A DNA stretch of 64,000 nucleotides, taken from the NCBI GenBank assembly GCA_963695095.1, contig CAVOFT010000001.1, forward strand, positions 2,912,001 to 2,976,000, written 5' to 3'. How positions within the stretch are numbered: position 1 is the first letter of the stretch; each line of letters starts with the position of its first letter. The position numbers and the translations under genes are program-made. Source of the DNA: an uncultured bacterium (GTDB lineage Bacteria; Krumholzibacteriota; Krumholzibacteriia; JACNKJ01). Below the pieces are notes generated by a model. The model ran no database searches and had not been told where the DNA came from. It was given only the letters and a program-made list of their open reading frames with translations. Positions 51,313-62,683 of the stretch are shown one piece after another.

Positions 51313-52387
51313 ATGCGTCGCTCCCTATCGCCCTTGGTGCTGGGCCTGGCCTTGCTCGCCACGGCCAGCCAGGCGATCGCCGTTCCCCGCACCATGCTCT
51401 TCGAGAAGTTCACGAACACCGGTTGACCCGCCTGCGCATTGGCGGAGCCAATCTTCTTGCAGTTCGTCGACGATCACCCGACCGACACGGTGGCCATCCT
51501 CTGGCATGCGAACTTCCCCTACCCGGTCGATCCCTTCTACACCCACAACATCACGGACAACCAGGGCCGCATCGATTGGTATGCGATCGCCAGCGTGCCC
51601 AGGATCAAGGTGGACGGGATCACGTCCTCGACCAGCTACTGCCGGGATGACCACCAGCTACAACAATCGCCTGGCGGTGCCGACCGATCTCAGCCTCGAG
51701 ATCACGGGCAGCTGGGACCCGCAGACCCGCGCCGTCTCCGTGACCGCGACGGCGACGACGACGAGCGCTCTCACCAACGATTACGTGCTGCACATCGTGC
51801 TCACCGAGAGCGAGGTCTACTACGAGGCCACGAACGGCATCGACTGGCACGAGCACACGATGCGCGACGCTCTGCCGAGCTTCGCCGGCTCGCCGGTCAC
51901 CTTCAGCGGCGACTTCCCGCAGACGGCCGTGGTCACGGCCGACTTCACGCTGCCCATGGGCGCGCCGCCGCACGAGTACCGGCCCGAGTTCTGCAAGATC
52001 GTCTGCTTCGTGCAGCAGGTGAGCACGAATTCGGGCTTCCGCGAGGTGCAGCAGGCGGCCGCCGTCGCGCTCACTGATCTTGCGCAGACCCCGGTGGCCG
52101 AACTGGCCGCGGCGCCCAGCCTGGGGCAGCCCTACCCGAACCCCTTCAACCCCGAGACGGCAATTCCCGTGCGGCTCGCCGCACCGGGCGATGTCGCCTT
52201 GCGGATTCTCGACGTGGCTGGACGGCGCCTGCGCACGCTGCAGGAAGGTCATCTGAGCGCCGGCAGCCATCAACTCCACTGGGACGGCCGCGATGACGCG
52301 GGCCGGCCCGTGGGCAGCGGCGTCTACCTGGCCCAGCTCATCCACGCCGGCGGTCGCGAGAGCCGCCGGCTCGTGCTCCTGAAGTAG
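51313..52387 (+). CDS. Omp28-like thioredoxin-fold protein with in-frame TGA (probable Sec, UPAC) and FlgD/T9SS-like CTD; frameshift near 51640
   Basis: MRRSLSPLVLGLALLATASQA...LFEKFTNTG-TGA-PAC...WH..FP...DPFY...R..WY....VP.IKVDG; HIVLTE, HEHTMRD, VCFVQ, PYPNPFNP; GGAGG RBS. Confidence 0.8.
51438..51452 (+). promoter_or_regulatory. Candidate bacterial SECIS hairpin
   Basis: ATTGGC-GGA-GCCAAT begins after an 11-nt spacer following TGA 51424-51426; loop starts with G. Confidence 0.55.
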
Positions 52388-52416
52388 ACGCAGCGATTCA
52401 ACCGGTTCAGCGAAGC

Positions 52417-52459
52417 GAAGACGCGCCGTCCTCCCTCGGGAGGCGGCGCGTCTTCTTTT
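52417..52459 (+). terminator. Rho-independent terminator
   Basis: GAAGACGCGCCG...CGGCGCGTCTTC followed by TTTT. Confidence 0.75.
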
Positions 52460-52476
52460 CCCGCCGCCTGGGCCGC

Positions 52477-53388
52477 CTAGGGCAGCTTGAGCAGCTTCAC
52501 CGCCTGTCCGTCGGGCTGTCCCGCCAGCCGGGCAAAGTAGGCGCCCGCGGGCAGGTCCCCAGCATCCCAGCGCGCGCCGCCCTCGCGCAGCGGCAGCTCG
52601 GCCACCTGGCGCCCGGCGACATCGAAGATGGCCGCGCGCGCACCCGGATCCGCAGCGAGCGCGCGCAGTTCCACGAAGCGCGTGAAGGGACTGGGCCAGG
52701 CCCGCAAGGCGAGCGCGGGGGTGGCCGGCGGCGCCGCCGTCGGATCGCAGGAGTACGCGAAGGCGACATCATCGAGCCAGCCCTGGTCGCCGATCACCTC
52801 CATGTTGTCGATCACGATGATGCAGTAGCAGAAGGGCTCGCTGGCCCGCGGCTCCGACAGCGCCAGCACGGTCGGCCCGCCGTCCTCGACGATCGTGAGC
52901 GCAATGGTCTGCGCCAGCGGATCGTAGGCCAGGGTCATGCGGTAGGCGTAGACGTACTCCAGCGGCGAGGTCACGCTGACGATCTCCTGCTCGCCGCTCG
53001 TCTCGTCGTAGCTGTAGATCGCGACAGCGCTCAGGCCGATCTTCGCGATGAAGCCCCAGTAGTGCCCCTCTTCCTGGCTGCCGCCGCCGATGAAGAAGCG
53101 GAAGTGCCCGCCGTAGTCGGTGCTCGAGGAGAAGCCGAAATCCGCCGCCACGGAGGCCTCCGCGCTGTAGCACTCGCCGCAGGGCTCCCGGTAGATCATC
53201 TCGCCGTAGGTGTTGGCCTGGGCCACCACCCGCTGGCCCTGGATGTAGAGCAGGGACGCGAGCGGCTCCCAGGGAGCCGTGAGCGGGCCATCCGCACGAT
53301 TGAAGTTGTCGAAAAACAGATCGGCGGCCGCCGGCTGGATGCCGAGGCCGCCGCAGATCAGGACCGTCACCAGCACTGCACGTCGCAT
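52477..53388 (-). CDS. Secreted hypothetical protein with abbreviated T9SS-like CTD
   Basis: Signal peptide, FFDNFNRADG, WLDDV; AWPSPF...IFDVAGRQV...PAGAYFARL...KLLKLP. Confidence 0.7.
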   Translation of the reverse strand: MRRAVLVTVLICGGLGIQPAAADLFFDNFNRADGPLTAPWEPLASLLYIQGQRVVAQANTYGEMIYREPCGECYSAEASVAADFGFSSSTDYGGHFRFFIGGGSQEEGHYWGFIAKIGLSAVAIYSYDETSGEQEIVSVTSPLEYVYAYRMTLAYDPLAQTIALTIVEDGGPTVLALSEPRASEPFCYCIIVIDNMEVIGDQGWLDDVAFAYSCDPTAAPPATPALALRAWPSPFTRFVELRALAADPGARAAIFDVAGRQVAELPLREGGARWDAGDLPAGAYFARLAGQPDGQAVKLLKLP

Positions 53389-53431
53389 CGTCCACCTCCC
53401 GATTCAAACCGGACCCTTCGCCGCTGGCGCG

Positions 53432-55069
53432 TCAACGCGCGCGGAGGCGAAGCACCTTGACGCCGCCGCGAGCGGCAGCGTCCATTCGCTCCAACAGGTA
53501 GATGCCCGTCGGCGTGGGCCGGCCGCTTTCATCGCGACCGTCCCAGACGCCGCGCCCGCCCGGCAAGGCCAGGCGCCGGACGCAGCGGCCGCGGATATCG
53601 AAGACGGCCACGCTCGCGTCGCCGCCCCGCGCGCCGGGGGCGGCCAGGCGCAGCTCGTTCACGAAGGGCTGCGGCCACGCGACGAGCGCCGGCGCCGCGG
53701 GCAGCGGGTCCACGGCCGTCTCGTCCTCGGCCACCGCCGTGCTAAAGAGCGCCGCCGGCGCGGCGACGGGCCGGCGTTCGACCCTGCCACTGAGGTCTGC
53801 GGCTTCCAGGTAGTACTCGATCTCGGCGCCCGGCGCCTGCGCGGGCAGCCAGGCGCGCAGGCTGTCGCCGCCGATCGGCACGAGGGCGCTCAGCGCAAAG
53901 TCCGTCTCCCCCGCCAGGCGCCAGTGGAGCGCGCAGCCGGCGAGATCCAGCCCCGCCTCGCTGCGGTCGTCGACGAAGGCCGCTACGGGCCAGGCCATGG
54001 CGGCGGGAATCTCGACCGGCGGCGGCGCCGCGTCCACGCGCAGCATGCCGCGGTCGAAGATGCCCATCGCGCGGCAGTGGAGGGCGTCGTAGTAGTACCA
54101 GGAGCCCGTGAAGCCGATCACCTCGTAGCCGGGCATGGCATCGCGGTAGAGCTGCAGCGCCGGCGCATCGCCAGCGCACTGGAAGAGCGGCACCAGCACC
54201 TTCTTGCCGAGGATGAGCGCGTTCGTGTAGGCGGCCACGCCCACCCCGCCGATGGGCCCGCAGTCGACGCGCAGCACGCGCAGGGGATTGCCATAGCAGC
54301 TCGTCAGGCCGCCCAGGAGCGCGGCGTTCTGTTCCACGTAGGGCGCATCCGGGTGGCTCGGGGAGAGCTGCTTGACGATCACCGTCTCCTCGTCGAGGAA
54401 CTTCGCCACGCAGTCGATGTGCTGGATGCCGTTGCCCTCGGTGTTGGGCAGCACGACGAGTTCGTCCACGCCGCACCAGCTCGCCAGTGCGGCGCGGAAG
54501 GCCGCTTCGCTCAGGTGATCGTTCTCGCTGAGCTGGGCCTCGGAGCAGAAGGCGCGGCCATGGCCGTCCCACATGATGTTGCCGCCGGTGAGATAGAAGG
54601 GCGGCTGCCAGAGCGGCTCGCCGCCCAGGTAGGCGGCGAACTGGGCCGGCGTGTCGTCGTCCTGCTCGTAGCCCGTGGTCTCGCGCGGAATCCAGGGATA
54701 GCCATCGAACCAGGGGTCGAGGATGCCCCAATCCCCGCTCCCATCGAAGAGGCACTGCGGGCCCCAGTCCCGGCTCCAGTGCGAGTAGCTGTCGGCGATC
54801 ACCCACCGGACATTGGCCATGTTGACGCCCCAGGCCGTGAAGTTGCCCGTGGCGCCGGCGACCTGGGTGGAAAGGATGACGACGTAGAGCTTCGCGTCCT
54901 CGGCCATCTCGGCAACCAGCGAGCCCGGAATGCCCAGCGGCCAGCGGATCATGACCCCCTCCACCGGCTCCCACTCGGCGCACATGCGCACGGGGCCGGG
55001 CGGCTGGGCCGCGGCGAGGGCGGGCAAGAGCAAGCAGAGCGCAGCGGCGGCGAGACGCTGGCGCGGCAT
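53432..55069 (-). CDS. Secreted agmatine/peptidyl-arginine deiminase (PPAD-like) with CTD
   Basis: AEWEP, WSRDWGP, GGNIMWDG, HIDC, YTNALI, DALHCRAM; AWPQPF...TGIYLL. Confidence 0.85.
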   Translation of the reverse strand: MPRQRLAAAALCLLLPALAAAQPPGPVRMCAEWEPVEGVMIRWPLGIPGSLVAEMAEDAKLYVVILSTQVAGATGNFTAWGVNMANVRWVIADSYSHWSRDWGPQCLFDGSGDWGILDPWFDGYPWIPRETTGYEQDDDTPAQFAAYLGGEPLWQPPFYLTGGNIMWDGHGRAFCSEAQLSENDHLSEAAFRAALASWCGVDELVVLPNTEGNGIQHIDCVAKFLDEETVIVKQLSPSHPDAPYVEQNAALLGGLTSCYGNPLRVLRVDCGPIGGVGVAAYTNALILGKKVLVPLFQCAGDAPALQLYRDAMPGYEVIGFTGSWYYYDALHCRAMGIFDRGMLRVDAAPPPVEIPAAMAWPVAAFVDDRSEAGLDLAGCALHWRLAGETDFALSALVPIGGDSLRAWLPAQAPGAEIEYYLEAADLSGRVERRPVAAPAALFSTAVAEDETAVDPLPAAPALVAWPQPFVNELRLAAPGARGGDASVAVFDIRGRCVRRLALPGGRGVWDGRDESGRPTPTGIYLLERMDAAARGGVKVLRLRAR

Positions 55070-55115
55070 GGCAGCCTCCGTTATCATGCGTCGAGCGAGT
55101 ATAGCAGAATCAGGA

Positions 55116-56139
55116 GTGAGCCACCTTGGACTTCGACTTCACCGCCGACAGCAGCTCTTCGCGCCCCTTCGGCGCCGAGGCCCAGGCGCGCCTCGGCGCG
55201 GCGCGCGCGCTCGTCGTGGGCGTCGGGGCGACGGGCAGCGCGCTGGCCGAGGGCCTGGCCCGCGCGGGCATCGGCGCGCTCACGCTCGTCGATCGCGATC
55301 TCGTGGAGACGGGCAACCTCGGCCGCCAGTGTCTCTACGCACGCACGGACATCGGCCGGCCGAAGGCGGCCGCCGCCGCGGATCGCCTGGCCGCGATCAA
55401 CCCCGCGCTCGCCCTCGACGCGCGCGTCGCCGAGGCCACGCCAGAGCTGCTCGAGGCGCTCGCCCCCGGCGCCCAGCTCATCCTCGACGGCACGGACAAC
55501 TTCGCCACCCGCGCGCTGATCAACGAGCTGGCCTGCCGGGAAGCCATCCCCTGGATCTACAGCGGCGCCATCGGCGCCACCGCCCTGAGCCTGCCCATCG
55601 TGCCGGGCGAGACGGCCTGTCTGGCCTGCCTCTATCCCGAGCCGCCCGCCGCCGAGCAGGAAGAGCGCTGCGACGTGGTCGGCGTGCTGCAGGCCGCCGT
55701 GCTGCAGGCCGCGGCCTGGAGCCTGGCCGAGGCGCTCAAGCTGCTCGGCGGTCGCAGCGAGGCGCTGCGCCGCGAGCTGTGGACCGTGGATCTCTGGCGC
55801 GGGCAACAGGGGCGCCTGCGCGCCGCGCATCCGCGCGCGGGCTGCGGGGTCTGCCAGCAGCGGCGCTTCCCGTTGCTCGCGGCTTCGCGCGCGGAGCCGC
55901 GCATCGCCTTGATCTGCTCGCGCGCCGTGCAGGTAACCCCACCTGCGGGCACGCCCCCACCCGACCTCGACGCCCTCGCGCGCCGCCTGAAGGCCGCGCC
56001 CCCCGGGGCCGATGTCCTGCGCCTGACCCTGGACGGCCAATCCATCTGCGTCTTTCCCGATGGCCGATTGCGCCTCGACGGGGCGCAGGATGCCGCGCAG
56101 GCCCTCGCCGTGTACCGCAAGCTCTTCGGCGGCGGCTAG
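55116..56139 (+). CDS. ThiF/MoeB-family adenylyltransferase
   Basis: VVGVGATGS, DRDLVETGNLGRQ, DGTDNF, CLAC, CGVC. The N-terminal RLHRRQQLFAP sits in another frame (CCCC run near 55165), so the start is uncertain. Confidence 0.85.
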
Positions 56140-56209
56140 GCGCCTTCCCCTGCGCCTGCGCGGCGTGCTATGCTTGACGCGGTCGTGTCGGAGCCATTGA
56201 AGGACATCC

Positions 56210-57352
56210 ATGCCGCGCAGCACCCGGTTCCACGCCATCTTCGGCGTCGCCTTGGCCATCTTCATCCTCATCGCCCTCGATGCTGCCGCCCTGGCGCGCA
56301 GCGTGCGGGTGAGCCCCGAGCCCAGCGCTCTGCAGATCGCCATCGCGCTGAGCCTCGAGGGCGACACCCTGCTCCTCGCGCCGGGCCTCTACTGCGATGC
56401 ACCCATTCCCACCAGGGTCGGCCCGACGACGCTCGTGATCGAGCGCCCGCTGATCATCCTCGGCGAAGGCGGCGGCGAGGGCGAGGATGAGGCCATCCTG
56501 CACGGGGGTCTGGCGGCGCGCGTGCTGCTCATCGAACCCGGGGCGGCGGGCACCGTGATCCAGAATGTCTCGCTGCGCGGCGGCCTCGCCTGGGCCGGCG
56601 GGGCCATCTACCAGCGCGCGGCGCTGCTGCGCCTGGTCGCCTGCAATCTGCGGGAGAACATCGCCCGCACCGACGGCGGCGCCATCTACGCCGAAGCGGG
56701 CAATCTGGCGCTCGAGGCCTGCGTCTTCGACGGCAACCGCGCCGGCGAGCGCGGCGGGGGCATCTTCCTGACCAACGCCGCCGCCCAGCTCACTGCTTGC
56801 ACGCTGATCGGCGACGACGCCGCGGCCGGCGGCGCGCTCTATCTCGGCCCCGGCGGCCAGGGCCAGCTGAACTCCTGCCTCGTCATCGACGGCAGCGCGG
56901 ACCGCGGCGGCTGGGCCTGCGTGGAGGATGGCTTCCTCTCCGCTCGGCAGTCCACCTTCTTCGGCCTGCCCGGCGAGCCCGAAAGCGGAGGCATCGCCCT
57001 GCGCGGCTCGCTGGGCAGCGCCTTCATCGAGACCAGCATCCTCTGCTTCGCCGGTGCGCCGGCCCTGAGCGGCCTGCGCGACGGCGCCGCCATGCTCGTC
57101 TGCTGCAATGTCTTCGGCAATCGCGGCGGCGACTGGACGGGCATGCTCGCCGCGCAGGCCGCCGAGGGCGGCAACCTCTCGGCCAATCCGGGCTTCTGCG
57201 GCCTGCAGCGCGGCAATTTCAGTCTCGATCCCAGTTCCCCCTGCGCGCCGGCGAACAATCCCTGTGGCGAACTGATCGGCGCCCTCGACGTGGGCTGCGT
57301 GGACAGCCTGCCCGATGACGCCAGCGCTGCGCGCTCGGCGCGGGAGGACTAA
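56210..57352 (+). CDS. Secreted beta-helix protein (array member 1)
   Basis: GGAIY repeats, GNLSANPGFC...SPCAPANNPCGELIGA; lacks the terminal motif; TGCTATGCT at 56166-56174. Confidence 0.75.
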   Translation: MPRSTRFHAIFGVALAIFILIALDAAALARSVRVSPEPSALQIAIALSLEGDTLLLAPGLYCDAPIPTRVGPTTLVIERPLIILGEGGGEGEDEAILHGGLAARVLLIEPGAAGTVIQNVSLRGGLAWAGGAIYQRAALLRLVACNLRENIARTDGGAIYAEAGNLALEACVFDGNRAGERGGGIFLTNAAAQLTACTLIGDDAAAGGALYLGPGGQGQLNSCLVIDGSADRGGWACVEDGFLSARQSTFFGLPGEPESGGIALRGSLGSAFIETSILCFAGAPALSGLRDGAAMLVCCNVFGNRGGDWTGMLAAQAAEGGNLSANPGFCGLQRGNFSLDPSSPCAPANNPCGELIGALDVGCVDSLPDDASAARSARED

Positions 57353-57436
57353 CCGCCGCTGGCAGCGCGCCTGAACGCTGCTATACTCTCCCGTGTGCGT
57401 GGATTCAGAGCGAGCGACCCTAGCGGGGAGGGCGAG

Positions 57437-58549
57437 ATGTCGACTTCCACGATCGCGGCTGCCTGTGCGCTGCTGCTGGCCGTCCCGGCCGGCGCGGTAG
57501 TCATCCACATTCCGGGCGATCAGCCCACGATCCAGGCGGGCATCGCGGTGGCCGCGCCGGGCGACGTCCTGCTGATCGCTGCGGGCAGCTACACGGAGCC
57601 GATGCAGGAGACCCCTGCCTTCCCGAGCATGCTCGTGCTCCCCGCGGGTGTATCGCTGATCGGCGAGGGCGAGGTGATCCTCGACGCTGCGGGGGCAGGC
57701 CGCCTCATATCCGTCGCGACAGGCTGGCCCGGGCAACCCGTCAATCGGCTCGAGAATCTGGCCCTGCGCCACGGGTTCACGCAGGGCAGCGGGGGCGCCG
57801 TCTACATTCCCTATGCCGCCGTCGACATGCTGAACGTCCGCTTCGAGGACAATGAGGCGCTCGTGGCCGGCGGCGCATTGCGCTGCGACTTCGGCACGAT
57901 CACGATCGAGGACTCGCAATTCACAGGCAACCACGCCGAGGACGGTGGCGCCATCTCGAACGGCAGCAGTGGCTTCAACGTGCGGCGTTGCACCTTCACC
58001 GGGAATGCCGCCTCACCCGGCGGAGGTGGCGCCTTCCACTTCAAAGGCGAGCAGACAAGCCAGATCGAGGAATGCCTGGTAGTTGATTGCCTGAGCCGCT
58101 GGGGCGCCTGGTTCAAGCTGGAGGACCATGTCAGCCTGCTTGTCATCGGCTGCAGCTTCATCGGCCACGGCACGTCCTACCTGAACACCGGCATCCACAT
58201 CTACGATTACTGCTCGCTGACGCTCAACAACTCGATCCTGACCGGAGCCATCGGCCGCGCAATCACCTTCCACCAGAACGTCGCCACGAATTTCGATGAG
58301 TGCAACGACATCTGGGGCAACGGTCTGGATTATCCGACCGAGATCGCCCACTGGCTGGGTACGAACGGCAACTTCAGCGCCGATCCCCTGTTCTGTGCTC
58401 CGAGCGGCAACGACTTCCACCTGAGCACGCTATCGCCTTGCGCGCCCAGCAACAACGACTGCGGTCTGCAGATCGGGGCCTTGCCGGTCGCCTGCGAGAC
58501 CACGGCCTCCGCGAACGCGAGCTGGAGTTCCGTCAAGTCGCTATACTGA
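57437..58549 (+). CDS. Secreted beta-helix protein (array member 2)
   Basis: IPGDQPTIQAGI, GNFSADPLFC...SPCAPSNNDCG; ends ASWSSVKSLY. Confidence 0.8.
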   Translation: MSTSTIAAACALLLAVPAGAVVIHIPGDQPTIQAGIAVAAPGDVLLIAAGSYTEPMQETPAFPSMLVLPAGVSLIGEGEVILDAAGAGRLISVATGWPGQPVNRLENLALRHGFTQGSGGAVYIPYAAVDMLNVRFEDNEALVAGGALRCDFGTITIEDSQFTGNHAEDGGAISNGSSGFNVRRCTFTGNAASPGGGGAFHFKGEQTSQIEECLVVDCLSRWGAWFKLEDHVSLLVIGCSFIGHGTSYLNTGIHIYDYCSLTLNNSILTGAIGRAITFHQNVATNFDECNDIWGNGLDYPTEIAHWLGTNGNFSADPLFCAPSGNDFHLSTLSPCAPSNNDCGLQIGALPVACETTASANASWSSVKSLY

Positions 58550-58644
58550 TTCGACGCATGGCCAGCGGTCACCCGAAATCGCGTGCTGCACGCGCCGACG
58601 CCGGCTGCTATAATCGTATGCAGCTACTGCTCGGGAGGTGTGTG

Positions 58645-59712
58645 ATGACTCGTTCCATCCTGGCCCTGGCCTGCTTGTTCGCCATTTTCGTGGCCGGTGC
58701 CGCCTCGGCGGCCATCCTCAACGTCCCCGGCGACTACGCGACGATCCAGGCGGCCATCGATGCCGCGGCTGTGGGCGACGAGATCGTCATCGCCGCCGGC
58801 AGCTATGCGAGCGAGGCCTTCATCGACCACGGCGGCTTCACGATCCGCGGCACGGGCGAAGTGATCCTGGGTCCGAGCAGCGGCGGCATCGCCTTCATCT
58901 GCTCGCTGGACGCCGACTACCTGCCCGTCATCTTCGAGCACCTCACCTTCGAGGGCTTCGCCATCGGCATCTCCTATGACATGGATTTCGCAGCGGAGAT
59001 CCGCGACTGCGTCTTCCGCCTGAACGAGAACGGGATCCACGGCTGCGGCGACGGGCCTCTGATCCTGCGCGACTGCCTGTTCGAGGACAACCATGCCACC
59101 TGGGCCGGCGGCGCGATCAGCAGCTGCGGCGCCGTGCTGGACGTGGCCGACTGCGTCTTCCGGAACAACACGGCAGGCGTCATGGGCGGCGCCATCTTCT
59201 CGGACACGCCCTTCGGCCCGCGCAGCTTCTCGAACTGCCTCTTCGTCGGCAACGACGCGCCCAAGGGCGCCGCCGTGCAGGTGGAGTTCGGCGGGCCCGT
59301 GGACTTCAGTCGCTGCACCTTCCACGCAAACGGCCGCAGCGGCGCCGCCGTGCTCAACGTCGAGATGGCCTCCAGCACCCTGAACCTGAGCCGCTGCATC
59401 GTGACGGGCAGCCCGGGCAGCGCCTTCTCCTGCACCGATGGCGGCGTGCTGAACATCAGCTGCACGGATGCCTGGAACAACGCGGAGGGCGACTGGACCG
59501 ACTGCGCCGCCGGCCAGCTCGGCGTGGACGGCAACTTCAGCGCCGATCCGCTCTACTGCGATCTCGCCAACGGCGACTTCGCCTTCGACGCCGACTCGCC
59601 CTGCGCGCCGGGCGGGAATGCCTGCGGCGTCACGATCGGCGCCTACGGCGTGGGCTGCGGCCTCACGGCCGCCGAGGAGAACAGCTTCAGCGCGGTGAAG
59701 AGCCTCTACTAG
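58645..59712 (+). CDS. Secreted beta-helix protein (array member 3)
   Basis: VPGDYATIQAAIDAA, GNFSADPLYC; ends NSFSAVKSLY; TGCTATAAT at 58606-58614. Confidence 0.8.
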   Translation: MTRSILALACLFAIFVAGAASAAILNVPGDYATIQAAIDAAAVGDEIVIAAGSYASEAFIDHGGFTIRGTGEVILGPSSGGIAFICSLDADYLPVIFEHLTFEGFAIGISYDMDFAAEIRDCVFRLNENGIHGCGDGPLILRDCLFEDNHATWAGGAISSCGAVLDVADCVFRNNTAGVMGGAIFSDTPFGPRSFSNCLFVGNDAPKGAAVQVEFGGPVDFSRCTFHANGRSGAAVLNVEMASSTLNLSRCIVTGSPGSAFSCTDGGVLNISCTDAWNNAEGDWTDCAAGQLGVDGNFSADPLYCDLANGDFAFDADSPCAPGGNACGVTIGAYGVGCGLTAAEENSFSAVKSLY

Positions 59713-59769
59713 CGTCCGCGGGCGCGCGCAGCGGGCTCTCGCGGAAGGGACCGCCCAAGGGAGGAGAGC

Positions 59770-60840
59770 GTGCGCGTTCACTTGTTTGCGCTCTACGGCA
59801 TCCTGGCATTGGCCTCGGCCGCAGCTGCGGCGGAGATCCACGTGCCGGGGGATCAGCCCACGATCCAGGCGGCCATCGATGCTGCGGCCCCTGGCGATGA
59901 GATCGTCATCGCCGCGGGCACCTACAGCGTGCCCGCGCCACACATCCTTCCCCCCGGTGGCCTCCGCTTCCGCGGAACGGGCGAGGTCCAGCTGTCCGGC
60001 AGCACCGGCGCCTTCTTTGAAGTCATCGATCCGCAGAACCTGGATCTGTTCCGCTTCGAGAATCTGCGCTTCCTGGGCAACCCCGTCGGCATCCGCACGC
60101 CCGTCCCCGGCAATCCCTTTCCGGAGACCCGCCTCGAGGTGGAGGACTGCGCCTTCGTCGACAACGGCGTGGGGATCAGCGCGCGCAACGCCGGGCTGTT
60201 CAATCTGAGGAATTGCCGCTTCGAGGGCGGCAGCACCGGCGTCTATCTGCTCTTCGCCTGGATGTTCGCCGAGGATTGCGTCTTCATCGGCCCCGAAACC
60301 GGCATCCGCGCCGACGACGGCCTGGCGGACCGGGTGGTCGAGCGCTGCCTCTTCGTGGACTGCCACGGTTTCTACGGTGCCGTGGCGATCGATGTGCCCG
60401 CCCAGTTCGCGCTCATCCAGTGCACTTTCGACCGCTGCGGCGCGGCGAACGGCGCGGCGATCTCTTCGATCGCGGCGGCGACCATCGTCCTCGACCGCTG
60501 CATCGTGGTCAATGGCCCCGGCCTGGCCTTCGGCTGCATTGGCGGCTTCCCCAATCTTTTCATCATCACCTGCTCCGACCTGTGGAACAACGCCGGCGGC
60601 AACTGGCACGCTTGCGCCTACGGTGGACCCGAGGAGAACGGCAACTTCTCGGCGGATCCGCTGTTCTGCGCCACCGCTCGCGACGACTACTCCATTGACG
60701 CCGACTCGCCCTGCGCCGCGGCCGGCAACACCTGCGAGGTCATCGTCGGCGCCTTCGACGTAGCTTGTGGCACCACCGGCGTCGGGGAGCTGCCACCAGG
60801 GGACAACACCAGCTTCAGCGCAGTGAAGAGCTTCTACTAG
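59770..60840 (+). CDS. Secreted beta-helix protein (array member 4)
   Basis: VPGDQPTIQAAIDAA, GNFSADPLFC; ends TSFSAVKSFY. Confidence 0.8.
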   Translation: MRVHLFALYGILALASAAAAAEIHVPGDQPTIQAAIDAAAPGDEIVIAAGTYSVPAPHILPPGGLRFRGTGEVQLSGSTGAFFEVIDPQNLDLFRFENLRFLGNPVGIRTPVPGNPFPETRLEVEDCAFVDNGVGISARNAGLFNLRNCRFEGGSTGVYLLFAWMFAEDCVFIGPETGIRADDGLADRVVERCLFVDCHGFYGAVAIDVPAQFALIQCTFDRCGAANGAAISSIAAATIVLDRCIVVNGPGLAFGCIGGFPNLFIITCSDLWNNAGGNWHACAYGGPEENGNFSADPLFCATARDDYSIDADSPCAAAGNTCEVIVGAFDVACGTTGVGELPPGDNTSFSAVKSFY

Positions 60841-60862
60841 CGCGAAGCCAGACCAGACGCGG

Positions 60863-60894
60863 AATCCCCGGGGCTTGCCAGGCGCCGGGGATTT
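60863..60894 (+). terminator. Probable terminator hairpin
   Basis: AATCCCCGG...CCGGGGATT followed by a short T run. Confidence 0.55.
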
Positions 60895-61004
60895 CGCGTT
60901 AATAGAGCAGTTTCGGCCGCGTCCCCGGGCCGCCGCGGAGAGTCGACCTCCTCCCGCGGGCGGCCCGCTGCGAGCGGCCTGCGATCCGCTGGCAAGGAGG
61001 CGCC

Positions 61005-62642
<1,638 letters not shown>

Positions 62643-62683
62643 GCCCGCGCCGCGCGTCCGCTTCGACCGCGATCCGCCCCCGG

